Shown: positions 7,212-16,476, numbered from the stretch's first letter. The stretch is DNA of 32,000 bases from Desulfocapsa sulfexigens DSM 10523 (GCF_000341395.1 NC_020304.1:2100001-2132000); one strand, 5' to 3'. Program-made: numbers and translations. The notes: generated by a model not told the origin, from the letters alone.

Positions 7212-8000
7212 CTATATCAGTTCACGAAAGAGCAGTGGATGAATGGCAGGGAATGAGGTGATAGTTTTAAGAAACAGATCCAGAAACTCAAAAGCCGTTG
7301 TATCCATCCGTTGGTGATGAATCATGACTCCCCCTGTGCCGCTGCTGATGCCTCTTTCAAGTTCCTGAAGCAGAGTATTGAATGAAATCTCAGGTTCAAC
7401 TTCTTTTCTGGTGTGAAGATCAATGTTGACCTGTAAATCGGGGAGACCGTGTGGGCAAACCGGTTTTGCACCTATGCTTCTTGAAACAGCTTTGAATCCC
7501 AGGTGCTGTAATCCCTTTAGGGTGTCAAGGCTGCAACGGTTCCATGGCGGGGTGAAAAATGGTGAAAAATTGTCTTCCAGGAGGGTTTCGAGGCGATTTT
7601 TTCCGTTTTTCAGGTCTTCTATCTGCTCTGTTACGGATCTGGCTGGGCCGAACTCCTGTTTTTTTCCCTTCGTCTCATGGTTTCGATGGAGCCATCCATG
7701 CTGATGCCAGCACCACTGGGAACTATTGGTCTTCGTGAGGGACTGCAGGGTGATAAAGCGCGTAGCAGTGAGCCAGGTCGGAACCACTGCCAGACAAAGG
7801 GGTAATCTGTGTTTTATGAAAAGCTCTGCAAGGTGACTAAACTGTTTGCCCGGGACACCAATGTCATCGGCTCGAAAAAAAATCTTCGCCTCACCGCTTC
7901 CATGTGCAAGACCTTTTTCCAGGGCATTTTTCAGTAGCTGTTCCGTGTTGTCGGGAAGATTTGTGTAGAGAGCAGATATCATCTCGTTTTTTGGCTCCAT
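7212..8000 (-). CDS. Carbohydrate deacetylase-fold protein (NodB- or YdjC-like; family not resolved)
   Basis: KIFFRADDIGVPGKQFSHLAELFIKHRLPLCLAVVP resembles the DD(x)G metal motif that opens NodB/YdjC-type deacetylases. A His-rich strand WCWHQHGWLHRNHE follows ~50 aa later. Length is ~256-262 aa. The alternative start, ATG at 7982, gives an ATGA overlap with the upstream stop and is probably the true start. Confidence 0.5.
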   Translation of the reverse strand: MEPKNEMISALYTNLPDNTEQLLKNALEKGLAHGSGEAKIFFRADDIGVPGKQFSHLAELFIKHRLPLCLAVVPTWLTATRFITLQSLTKTNSSQWCWHQHGWLHRNHETKGKKQEFGPARSVTEQIEDLKNGKNRLETLLEDNFSPFFTPPWNRCSLDTLKGLQHLGFKAVSRSIGAKPVCPHGLPDLQVNIDLHTRKEVEPEISFNTLLQELERGISSGTGGVMIHHQRMDTTAFEFLDLFLKTITSFPAIHPLLFRELI

Positions 8001-9154
8001 AGTTTAGGGTCACTTATCAGTTTACAGCTCAGCATGGCGCCGTTGAGTTGGGCCTGGCTTGTCTTTTTGTTGAACCGAAGCTGGGCCGTGATTTTTTCAG
8101 CCAAATGCCGCGGTTCCAGATCTTCTGATTCCAGCAGCATGAAGTCAGATGTCCTGGAGAAGGCAGAAATTCGCATGCGCTGTTCACGATTCTGAGCAAA
8201 GGGATAGAGAAGTGCTGGAATCCCGGCAGCAAGAAGGTTCATGCAGGTGTTATACCCTGCCATGGAGATAGAAATATCCGCAGCTTCAAGCCAGTCAGGA
8301 AAATTAGAGCAGAAACTGTGTACTGTGATATTTGAGGCAGGTACTGCTTTCAGCCCTTCCTGCAAGCCCGGGGCACTGTATATGCCAGTAAAGAGATGAA
8401 TATGGATGGTATTTGTCTTCTGCTCCAGAAGAAGAGCGGCCTGGGCAGTTGCGTACAGGAGTTCAGCTCCCACATTCCCGCCACCTATGGAGGCGACAAC
8501 CAGCTTGTCTTCAGCAGATAAACCGAGATCCTGCCGTAGCATGCTTCCTGCTTTCTGTCTTGTCATAGTTGGAGCAATAAATCCAGTATATCTGTATGGA
8601 ATTGTGATGGAATCCATACTTCCGAATGTATTCTGTAGCGGAATAAAATCAGGGTCGGAGTGGATCAGCAGGCCGTCAAAAGAACTGTTTAGTTTTTGTA
8701 AAACCCTGGCCTCAAATTTGTGTTTATCTGTTTTCTCAACAAGAATATCCCGAAGACTGCAGAGGCGGAGACAGGGGGGCAATGTTCTTGATCCAATGTC
8801 ATCCAGAATTGGATCAAGTTCAAAGCGAAAGGCTTTTCTCCCGAAGGGATAGAGTTCAATTAAAAAGATGTCTGGCTGAAAGGAGGTAAAGAAATCAAAA
8901 AGCTGCTTTCTACGATTCTCTTTAACCTGCTTAAGATCAGCACCTTCCGCACAGGGAAGGAGCTCCGAAAACTCTGCATCCATTTTCAGGCCCGGAAGCT
9001 GCAAAAAATGGACGGCAGATTCAGGCAGATTGACATCGGGGCCGCCAAGTATCATTACCGTTTCGTGCCGTTCTGCCAGTGCTTCACATATTGCAAGGCT
9101 GCGGTGAAAATGCCCAATACCGAGGACGTGTTGGCAGTAGCAGGCGATCTTCAT
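7979..9154 (-). CDS. Glycosyltransferase, GT28 C-terminal domain / COG4671-like (MurG-fold)
   Basis: N-terminus MKIACYCQHVLGIGHFHRSLAICEAL carries a G-x-GH-xxR motif, and the C-terminal half has ISMAGYNTCMNLLAAGIPALLYP. It is a paralog of the product of 12192-13388 (MYSHDTYGLGHIRRSMAIARHL...ISMGGYNTICEILSQQTPALIIP). Confidence 0.75.
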   Translation of the reverse strand: MKIACYCQHVLGIGHFHRSLAICEALAERHETVMILGGPDVNLPESAVHFLQLPGLKMDAEFSELLPCAEGADLKQVKENRRKQLFDFFTSFQPDIFLIELYPFGRKAFRFELDPILDDIGSRTLPPCLRLCSLRDILVEKTDKHKFEARVLQKLNSSFDGLLIHSDPDFIPLQNTFGSMDSITIPYRYTGFIAPTMTRQKAGSMLRQDLGLSAEDKLVVASIGGGNVGAELLYATAQAALLLEQKTNTIHIHLFTGIYSAPGLQEGLKAVPASNITVHSFCSNFPDWLEAADISISMAGYNTCMNLLAAGIPALLYPFAQNREQRMRISAFSRTSDFMLLESEDLEPRHLAEKITAQLRFNKKTSQAQLNGAMLSCKLISDPKLWSQKTR

Positions 9155-9813
9155 TGGTTTTCAGCTTTGTCAGGAGTTGGCAGGATATTGAGTGGCCCCA
9201 GCTGGAGTGAGTCCCATCCTCCAAGAAGGAGATGGAGCTGCCGCTTCTGCAGGAGTTTCTCTTCCTCTGGGAGGAAAGCGCGGCCGGCCAGATGATAAAT
9301 AATTGATTTAACAATCCCTTCATGGGATATAACAAGAATTCGTTTTCCAGGATACTTGCGTGGTATGTCTTTGATGACAGGCAGGGCGCGTTGTAGCACT
9401 TCTTTTCTGCTCTCCCCACCGGGTGGCCGGAAATCCCAGCCGGCACGTATCTGGGTGGCGAGTTCTTCTGGCTGTTGGTTCTTGAGTTCGCGAAACGATT
9501 TCCCCTCCCATTCTCCCCAGGCCTGTTCTCGCAAACTTTGCTTCCATTCAACCGGGACAGAATTGCAGTATTGCTGGATAATGGCCACGGTTTCCCTGAC
9601 CCTTCCAAGATCACTGGCAACAATATGATCAATAGCGTAGTTCCCGATAAACCTGCCCCAGTCGTGGACCTGCTTGCTTCCCTTGCTGGAAAGTGGTGAA
9701 TCCTGGCGTCCCTGTATTCTGCCCTCTTCGTTCCATAGGGTTTTTCCGTGACGCAGCAAAGCTATTAGCGTTTGATTCGGTTCTACAGTGTTTCCTTTAA
9801 AGAGTCTCTGCAT
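9151..9813 (-). CDS. Histidine phosphatase family protein (phosphoglycerate mutase-like fold)
   Basis: Catalytic RHG motif in IALLRHGKTLWNEEGRIQGRQDSPLS, a later ISHEG motif (ILVISHEGIVKSI), and a length of 220 aa. ATGA overlap with the downstream glycosyltransferase and a 17-nt overlap with the upstream one. Confidence 0.85.
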   Translation of the reverse strand: MQRLFKGNTVEPNQTLIALLRHGKTLWNEEGRIQGRQDSPLSSKGSKQVHDWGRFIGNYAIDHIVASDLGRVRETVAIIQQYCNSVPVEWKQSLREQAWGEWEGKSFRELKNQQPEELATQIRAGWDFRPPGGESRKEVLQRALPVIKDIPRKYPGKRILVISHEGIVKSIIYHLAGRAFLPEEEKLLQKRQLHLLLGGWDSLQLGPLNILPTPDKAENQ

Positions 9814-10912
9814 GGCTCATCAGAATATGTTCAAATTTGAGGTAATTGGAATGGAGGTCGTGATTTTGACGGACATGTTTTGCTGCTGCTGCTCCCATTA
9901 TAGTGCGTTGTCGTTTGTCCTGCAGTAACAGTTTGATGCGCAGGCAAAAAGAGTCTTCGTCAAAGGGTTTGGTGAGAAATGCTGTTTTGTTCTGATCGAC
10001 AATCTCAGGGATTCCACCGTTGTCAAAGGCAACGACGGGCAGGCCACAGGATTGGGCTTCAAGATATACCATCCCGAGTGATTCCCTGATTCCGGGAAAT
10101 GCAAAAAGATCTCCCCCTGAGTAGAAGCGATACATGTTCTCCCTCGCAATGCGGCCGGTAAAAATGACTCTGTCTGGGAGATGTTGATTGGCCAGTTTTA
10201 TCAGCGTTTCCCGTTCGCTGCCGTCTCCTGCAATTATCAGCTTAAACGGAACACTCTTTTTTACCAGTTTGGCTAAGGATTTTATCATCCAGGCAAGTCC
10301 CTCGGTCTTTACATCGGGACGAAACATGGCTGCGGTAAGAATGACAGGTTCTTCATCTATTTGCCACGCTCGATGCATTTTTTTTCGTTCGGTTTGATCA
10401 AAGCAAAACGATTCAGGGAAAATACCTGGTTTTATATAAGCAAGTTTTTCCGGAGGAATGATTCTTTGCAGGTTTTCCAGATCCACTTTCCTGTTGCTGA
10501 AGAGTTGATCAGCCTGCTGCAGGCTGTGGCGATTGAGATAGAACCCGATCTTTCCTTTCAATCTGCGCCTCTGTTTTGTGGAGTATATACCCTGAAAGAT
10601 ACAGTAAGGGATATTGAATTTTTTACATAATCCAGGCCCCAGCAGGTCAGGGGCTTTATAGTAGCAGTGATAGCTGAGCCATAAATCAGGGGAAAAATTC
10701 CGAAGACGCTGTGAGGTGTCTCTTCGTTCTTTGAATATTTTAATAAAACGTATTGGGTTAAGATAGATCCATCGTGTCCTGAGACTGCTTGCGATCAGCA
10801 CCTGATGTCCCTGTGCAACGAGAAAATCATGGAGCCCTGTGGCAATGATAAGGTCTCCCGAAGGATTGGAGTGATCAAGGGGCTTGAAGGGGGCGTAGAA
10901 ACAGATCCGCAT
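9797..10912 (-). CDS. Glycosyltransferase family 4 (GT-B, retaining)
   Basis: Typical GT4 C-terminal signature FAFPGIRESLGMVYLEAQSCGLPVVAFDNGGIPEIV. The N-terminus MRICFYAPFKPLDHSNPSGD resembles GT4 N-domains. Confidence 0.9.
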   Translation of the reverse strand: MRICFYAPFKPLDHSNPSGDLIIATGLHDFLVAQGHQVLIASSLRTRWIYLNPIRFIKIFKERRDTSQRLRNFSPDLWLSYHCYYKAPDLLGPGLCKKFNIPYCIFQGIYSTKQRRRLKGKIGFYLNRHSLQQADQLFSNRKVDLENLQRIIPPEKLAYIKPGIFPESFCFDQTERKKMHRAWQIDEEPVILTAAMFRPDVKTEGLAWMIKSLAKLVKKSVPFKLIIAGDGSERETLIKLANQHLPDRVIFTGRIARENMYRFYSGGDLFAFPGIRESLGMVYLEAQSCGLPVVAFDNGGIPEIVDQNKTAFLTKPFDEDSFCLRIKLLLQDKRQRTIMGAAAAKHVRQNHDLHSNYLKFEHILMSHAETL

Positions 10913-10920
10913 ATGTAGTG

Positions 10921-12195
10921 TTACTGCGCTTTTTTTTGATTTGTTTCCAGCTGATTACGGAAGATATCACCCATTGCTGCAATGAGTCGGCGGTTGTCGA
11001 AATGTTTTTGTGTGTGTTTAATGCCACCCTGGATAAGTGTTTTTCTCAGTGGTTTGTTTTCCAGGATTTCCCGAATGTGGCCAGCCATTGTTTCAGGCTC
11101 TGATGGAGCAACTGTAATGCCGCTTGTATTATGGATGAGAATTTCAGGAATTGCAGAAACAGTGGTAGAAAGTCCCGGGACGCCCATGGCCAGACTCTCA
11201 ACCAGCACATTGGGAATGCCGTCACGATCACCGTTCCTTGCGATTTCACAGGCCAGTACAAAAAGATCACTCTCCTCGAACTGTTTGAGGACCTCCTTAT
11301 GGGTCCGGGTACCTAAACATTGACAGTGATCGGCAAGTCCGAGTTCTGTGATGAGTTTCTGGATCTTCTCTCTGTCATCTCCATCCCCGATCAGGGTATG
11401 CTGAAACTGAATGTTTTGATTTTTCAGGATTTGCAGGGCCTTGTACAGAGTTGGTAAACCTTTTTTCTCAGTCATCCGTGCAACCGTTAACAATCTGTAC
11501 GGCGGAGCGCATTCTGTATGGTCGGTCTCAGGTGAAAAGAGTTTCAGGTCAATTCCATGGTAAATACAATAAATAGGGGTGTTGAGTCCATCTGCAATGT
11601 TCTCGAGGTGTTTTCGATTGTAATCAGTACAGGTAATAACGAATTCGGCCAGCCTGATTTTTTCACGGAGCTGCTCAGGGTTTGAAGTGTAAATATCCTT
11701 TGCATGGGCGGTAAAGCTGAAGGATCTACCGGAAAGGAGTGCTGCGAACATGGTAACCGAAGTGGGGGAATGGGCAAAATGGCCATGAAGGTGGCTAAGA
11801 GTACTATCTTTCAAAAGGTGGTGATTTGTCAGGTAACCTGCCTGAAGAAGATGTTTGAACGTGGCCAGATTTGCGGTTCGTTTGTAGCGTCTGTGGGCAA
11901 GTCCAAGTCCATGCTTAAAGAGGGAAGGGCGTTTGATTGCGAGGAAAATGTTGGGCAGAAGCAGTCGGGGAAACTCAAGTAGCAGTTCGGTGGGGAGATA
12001 ATCCACCCGAGCCTGAATCTGTTTTACGGAATCATGACAAAAATTCTCCCTGGGATGACGCATGGGGAAAAGTCGCATACGAAAACCGAGCTGCTCAAGA
12101 AGTAAGATTTCGTTTGAAATAAAGGTTTCTGAAATGCGGGGATAGCCCTTAAGGATGTATCCGAGTGTGTGGACTGTCTTTGGGAAAGCGTTCAT
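10921..12195 (-). CDS. Glycosyltransferase family 4 (WcaL-like)
   Basis: FVLACEIARNGDRDGIPNVLVESLAMGVPGLSTTVSAIPEIL is the GT4 E-x7-E region. Length 424 aa. 4-nt overlap with the upstream glycosyltransferase. Confidence 0.9.
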   Translation of the reverse strand: MNAFPKTVHTLGYILKGYPRISETFISNEILLLEQLGFRMRLFPMRHPRENFCHDSVKQIQARVDYLPTELLLEFPRLLLPNIFLAIKRPSLFKHGLGLAHRRYKRTANLATFKHLLQAGYLTNHHLLKDSTLSHLHGHFAHSPTSVTMFAALLSGRSFSFTAHAKDIYTSNPEQLREKIRLAEFVITCTDYNRKHLENIADGLNTPIYCIYHGIDLKLFSPETDHTECAPPYRLLTVARMTEKKGLPTLYKALQILKNQNIQFQHTLIGDGDDREKIQKLITELGLADHCQCLGTRTHKEVLKQFEESDLFVLACEIARNGDRDGIPNVLVESLAMGVPGLSTTVSAIPEILIHNTSGITVAPSEPETMAGHIREILENKPLRKTLIQGGIKHTQKHFDNRRLIAAMGDIFRNQLETNQKKAQ

Positions 12196-13388
12196 GGGAA
12201 ATCCCTGAAATGTCCGATTCGATCCCGCATGGTGTCCAGGCCTGAGAGCTTAAAGTTAGCCATATTGCCTTTGTATTCAGTGCCTTTTTTGAGAATAGTC
12301 ACAATTTTATCTCGAAGGAACTGGGCCGAGACCTTCTTCCAGGGAAGGTGGTCAATAAGACCCTGTTCGGTGAGTTTTTCGGCCCGAATCAATTGCTCCT
12401 TGCGAGGAGTTTCTCTGGGGATGATGAGAGCTGGAGTTTGCTGACTCAGGATTTCACATATGGTGTTATATCCACCCATGGAAATGACGAGGTCGGCGGC
12501 CCCGATTAATTGTTCCATGCGTGGATGAAATGGCTGTGATTTGATGCCATATCGTTTTGCTCTTTTTTTAAGATACTCCCGGCTTGATTTTGGCATAAAT
12601 GGGCCGGTGATCATCAGAGATTTAAATGGAAGGGATGTGGGGAAAAAATCGTGCATGGAGATATAGTGTTCAAGGAGTTCACATCCGTCTCCTCCACCTC
12701 CAGTGGTGACAAGAATAAATATGTCCTCGTCAAGGATTCGGTAGCTTTTCCTGAGCTTTTTGCGGATGCTTTTCGAATTTTGTTTTCGTGGAATATATCC
12801 TGTAAAACATATCTTGGACTTGAGTGTGGAGGGGATGTTGTATTCGATTATCGGATCATAAATGTTCTGATTACCATAGACCCAGATTTCATCGTATAAT
12901 TCTTCAAGGTAGCGGTATACATCTTTGCTCTTCCAATCGTCACAAACGACGGATGATTCGTCAAGTATATCGCGAAGTCCGAGAATCGTTTTGGTATCAG
13001 GTAGAGTTTTGCGAAGCCATTGAAGTGTCGGTAGTACTTCTTTTTTTAGCCCCAGGGGTTCCTTGTCTACAATAAAAAGATCGGGCTTAAATGCCCTTGC
13101 CGTGGCACTGATGATGTTTTTTCTGATATGAAGTGCCTGGTTGGGGTCGATACGGATGGAGAGGGACTGGTATTCGTCGTTGGTCTTTTTTATCATCCCA
13201 GGAATACGCACAAAATCGACCTGCTCAGGGAGAGTAAAGCGTCCGGCGATTGGAGATCCGGTAAGGATAAGGATGTTCACCTCTTTTCCCGAAAGATGGC
13301 GGGCAATTGCCATGGAGCGTCGGATATGTCCAAGTCCGTAAGTATCATGGGAATACATAAGGATGTTGTATATGGAAGAGCGAGTCAT
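12192..13388 (-). CDS. Glycosyltransferase, GT28 C-terminal domain / COG4671-like (second copy)
   Basis: ILMYSHDTYGLGHIRRSMAIARHL at the N-terminus, then VTTGGGGDG and ISMGGYNTICEILSQQTPALIIPR in the C-terminal half. Same architecture as 7979-9154. Confidence 0.75.
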   Translation of the reverse strand: MTRSSIYNILMYSHDTYGLGHIRRSMAIARHLSGKEVNILILTGSPIAGRFTLPEQVDFVRIPGMIKKTNDEYQSLSIRIDPNQALHIRKNIISATARAFKPDLFIVDKEPLGLKKEVLPTLQWLRKTLPDTKTILGLRDILDESSVVCDDWKSKDVYRYLEELYDEIWVYGNQNIYDPIIEYNIPSTLKSKICFTGYIPRKQNSKSIRKKLRKSYRILDEDIFILVTTGGGGDGCELLEHYISMHDFFPTSLPFKSLMITGPFMPKSSREYLKKRAKRYGIKSQPFHPRMEQLIGAADLVISMGGYNTICEILSQQTPALIIPRETPRKEQLIRAEKLTEQGLIDHLPWKKVSAQFLRDKIVTILKKGTEYKGNMANFKLSGLDTMRDRIGHFRDFP

Positions 13389-13431
13389 GTTGGTAATTTG
13401 TAATCTATTAGCAACATAGGGGAAAGGGAAA

Positions 13432-14007
13432 TCAGAATCTGGTATCGTTTAGTTCATCCAGATGAAGGTATTCTTTCAGGCTGAATGCAGGTTTTTCAAA
13501 AAAGGTCTTGATTTCAGTCGGAGAGAGTTCCCTTCTGTCGGCGATTTTTTTTGCGGGGACTCCTGCCCATATCTCGTAGGAACCGGGATTTTTTGTCAAT
13601 ACTGATCCAGCTCCAAGAACGAAACCATCCGGGAGGATGGATGCCTGATAGAGGACAATGGCATTTTCATGAATCCATACATCCTTTCCAAAGTATTTGT
13701 CCTGCCACACAACGCCGTGTCTTTCCTGAATGGCAAGAAGGGGTTCTCTTCCCTGGTGACAATGATCATGGGTATAAATTCTTGCCCGCGCACCTATCAT
13801 GCACCATGGACCGATATGAATGGAACCGGTGTTGTCAAGAATTGAAAAACGGCTGATTACTACATTGGTCTGACTTCCGGCTGTAGTGAAGATTTCCGGG
13901 GAGAGAATGAGCTTTCCCTTGTGGATATTGGAGTGTGGTCGCCGCCGGCATTCCTTGAGCGACGTTTCAAGTTCTGACTTAGTTTGTGAGGCTCTTTGGA
14001 ATCGCAC
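13432..14007 (-). CDS. Left-handed beta-helix (hexapeptide repeat) O-acetyltransferase
   Basis: IHIGPWCMIGARARIY...VWIHENAIVLYQASILPDGFVLGAGSVLTKNPGSYEIWAGVPAKKI is typical of the Maa/LacA/WbbJ class. The ORF-track start is a GTG, so the true start is uncertain. Confidence 0.75.
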   Translation of the reverse strand: MRFQRASQTKSELETSLKECRRRPHSNIHKGKLILSPEIFTTAGSQTNVVISRFSILDNTGSIHIGPWCMIGARARIYTHDHCHQGREPLLAIQERHGVVWQDKYFGKDVWIHENAIVLYQASILPDGFVLGAGSVLTKNPGSYEIWAGVPAKKIADRRELSPTEIKTFFEKPAFSLKEYLHLDELNDTRF

Positions 14008-14077
14008 GAAGTTTTATGAGTTTAGTATCGTAGAGTATGATTCCAGGGGAAATAGTGAACGGGGTCGAGATTTATGA

Positions 14078-14632
14078 TCAAAAACTCATGGTTAATTTGT
14101 TGACAACAATGGTAATGTTGTCCACATCCGTGTAGCTGCTACTTTCTTTGAAAAGTTCACCAGTGTCCATATATCCAAAGTGGACTTCATAGGCAAAATT
14201 GTTGAGGAATTTGTAGGCAATACCAAGATCAACTTCCCATCCTATACGTTCGGTGTAATCACGGTCCTGAGCTTGGAGATTGTCGGTCAGTCCTATTGAA
14301 CTATGAAATGTGATATTGGAAGTTGGGGCGTAGGCAGTCTTCAGGGCAAATCCCTGGTAGTTGTTTTTTTTGTTTATGTTGACATGGGGACTGTTGAGGT
14401 AAAGATCTTCCCTGTTGAGAACAGTGTTCATGGCCTCAGAAGAAATATAGAGACTGTGGAAACTGACACTCTTACCTGGGTTGTTCACAGAAGAAGCATT
14501 TGAGCTTTCATCACTGAGGGTATAGGCAAGGACTCTGTATTCACCACGTTCTAATCCTTCACCACTGGCAATGGCCGTTACGGCAATGCTCAATAACAAA
14601 AAAGTAAGAAGTGTGGAGAGTAATCGTTTCAT
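14078..14632 (-). CDS. Small outer-membrane beta-barrel protein
   Basis: Signal peptide MKRLLSTLLTFLLLSIAVTAIASG from the ATG at 14632 (the ORF track begins 16 codons earlier, at 14680). Alternating hydrophobic strands (IGWEVDLGIAYKF, FAYEVHFGYM). C-terminal Phe (LTMSF), as in BAM substrates. Confidence 0.7.
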   Translation of the reverse strand: MKRLLSTLLTFLLLSIAVTAIASGEGLERGEYRVLAYTLSDESSNASSVNNPGKSVSFHSLYISSEAMNTVLNREDLYLNSPHVNINKKNNYQGFALKTAYAPTSNITFHSSIGLTDNLQAQDRDYTERIGWEVDLGIAYKFLNNFAYEVHFGYMDTGELFKESSSYTDVDNITIVVNKLTMSF

Positions 14633-14880
14633 AGAGAGTTTCAAAACAAAATTGATAAGGTACAAAAAATTTAACTCCATATTATTAATTAGGATTTATT
14701 TTGTTATAAGTCAAGGGGAAAAGCTTCGATGCTGGACTTTTTTGAAGGATGATGTTGTGTGACAGACTTGGGCAGGGGGCTCAACAGGTCTTGCTGTATT
14801 GTTGATTGCGATGAATGCTGAAGTGCGGTAAAAGTAACTAACTTTTTCTACAATTCAATCGTGTAAATTTATAGAGGTAA

Positions 14881-16476
14881 ATGATGGATAGCTCATTGAA
14901 AAAATCCGTAGTTATTTTTCTTATGTCTTTAGTGTGCTCTGTAGCAACGACGGCTGTGTTCGCAACAGAGGTACGACAGGTCGTTTTTTATCCAACGGAT
15001 GTGAGCGATGCTGGGGATTTTGCTTACCTCCGTGATAGCGTGCGACTCATGCTTGCAAGCAGACTATCCGCCGTTGCAGGCGGTGAGGTAAGGTTTGAGG
15101 ATGGAGTGAACAAGGGAAGGGATTTCACTTTTTTTAGAGTAATGAGTAGTGTCGTCAGCACCAAAGAAGGTATCCGGCTATCTGTAAAAGCCTTTAAGCC
15201 ATCTGAAGACGTTTCACTCCAATTTCAATCCATGGCAAATGAAAGCACTGAAATAATGAAGGCCTTGGACGTGCTTGTTGAGGATGTCGGTACCATGCTG
15301 TTTCAGGTAGAGCCTCCAAAAGCGATCATCAGGGAACCTGAAAAGGAGGAAAAAGATGTTGCTGATATGGGGACTAGCCACCCTGACAGGGTTTACAAAA
15401 GTACCAGCGGCTTTGGTCTTTCAATCAACCAGGATGAGTTTGTCAGCCAGACAGAAGTAGAGGTGAAGGCAACTGAAAGATATAAAAGTAAGGTTCTGCC
15501 TTTCCTGGCCAAATGTATGACTGCTGGAGATATCGATGGGGACTTGCATGATGAAATTATAGTTTCCACGAACACAAAACTGTATATTTATCGTTTGCGG
15601 GATGAAAAAATTGAGCTCCTTGATACTGTTGCTCTACCAGGAGGCTTAAAGGTTCACGCAGTAAATGTTGCAGATCTGGATAATAATGGGGTGATGGAAA
15701 TATACCTGAGTAGCACCAGAAAAGAAGAGCCTCGTTCTTCTATTCTGGAATGGCATCCTGTAACCGGAGTGAAGTGGTTATATGAAAATGTGTACTGGTA
15801 TTTGAGGCCTGTCAATATCCCGGGTGAAGGTGTGGTTCTGGCAGGACAGCAAAGCGGAGTTTCTGGAATGACAGCACCTGGTATCTATCGATTGACTGCG
15901 GGGGAAGGAGGAAAGGTTGCAGTTGGTGAACGCTTTTCGCTTCCGGAGTCAGTTGATTTGTTCGATTTTGTTTTTGCAGATTTTGGCGGGGATAAGATGG
16001 TGGAGGTTGCAACGATCAATAAGAAGGAACAGCTGCAGGTGTACAATTCTGATTTAAAGTTACTTTACACCTCACCATCTGGCTTTGGCGGCAAGGAGTT
16101 ACTCAAAGAATATACTGCCCACATTCGTCTGGTTGTCTCAGATTTTGACAACAATGGTCATGATGACATTCTTATCGTCGATAATGAGCTTTATTCTCCG
16201 GAGATGATGAATAAAACCCGTTTATATAAAAATGGTCAGGTCCGCGGCTTGAGTTGGGACGGTGTGGGGTTTGCAGAGGTGTGGCATACAAATCTTTTCC
16301 CGAATTCCATTATCGATTTTCAGTTTTTTTCTACTTCAAAGATAGATGGGGTTGGGATCGGTCGACTTTTTATTGTTGAACCTGAAAAGGGTGATCTGTT
16401 GGAAAAAATTTTCCTCGGTGCGGGAGGGAGTCGTCTGTCTGTATATGGAATGAATTTTATTCCAAAAAGGAATTAG
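14881..16476 (+). CDS. Secreted FG-GAP / VCBS-type repeat protein
   Basis: SD-like AGAGG lies before ATGATG. Signal peptide MMDSSLKKSVVIFLMSLVCSVATTAVFA. Four Ca-binding-like repeat cores are present: GDIDGDLHDEIIVS, ADLDNNGVMEIYLS, ADFGGDKMVEVA and SDFDNNGHDDILIV. Confidence 0.75.
   Translation: MMDSSLKKSVVIFLMSLVCSVATTAVFATEVRQVVFYPTDVSDAGDFAYLRDSVRLMLASRLSAVAGGEVRFEDGVNKGRDFTFFRVMSSVVSTKEGIRLSVKAFKPSEDVSLQFQSMANESTEIMKALDVLVEDVGTMLFQVEPPKAIIREPEKEEKDVADMGTSHPDRVYKSTSGFGLSINQDEFVSQTEVEVKATERYKSKVLPFLAKCMTAGDIDGDLHDEIIVSTNTKLYIYRLRDEKIELLDTVALPGGLKVHAVNVADLDNNGVMEIYLSSTRKEEPRSSILEWHPVTGVKWLYENVYWYLRPVNIPGEGVVLAGQQSGVSGMTAPGIYRLTAGEGGKVAVGERFSLPESVDLFDFVFADFGGDKMVEVATINKKEQLQVYNSDLKLLYTSPSGFGGKELLKEYTAHIRLVVSDFDNNGHDDILIVDNELYSPEMMNKTRLYKNGQVRGLSWDGVGFAEVWHTNLFPNSIIDFQFFSTSKIDGVGIGRLFIVEPEKGDLLEKIFLGAGGSRLSVYGMNFIPKRN

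Noticed and set aside
13415-13429. 15-nt exact repeat CATAGGGGAAAGGGA, also at 27607-27621; both copies lie upstream of minus-strand gene starts (the GT at 13388 and the MCP at 27517)
   Set aside because: Roughly one 15-mer coincidence is expected by chance in a 32-kb window counting both strands. The distances to the starts differ (~30 versus ~90 nt) and the flanks are unrelated. It is worth a genome-wide motif count but is not supportable as a regulatory site here.
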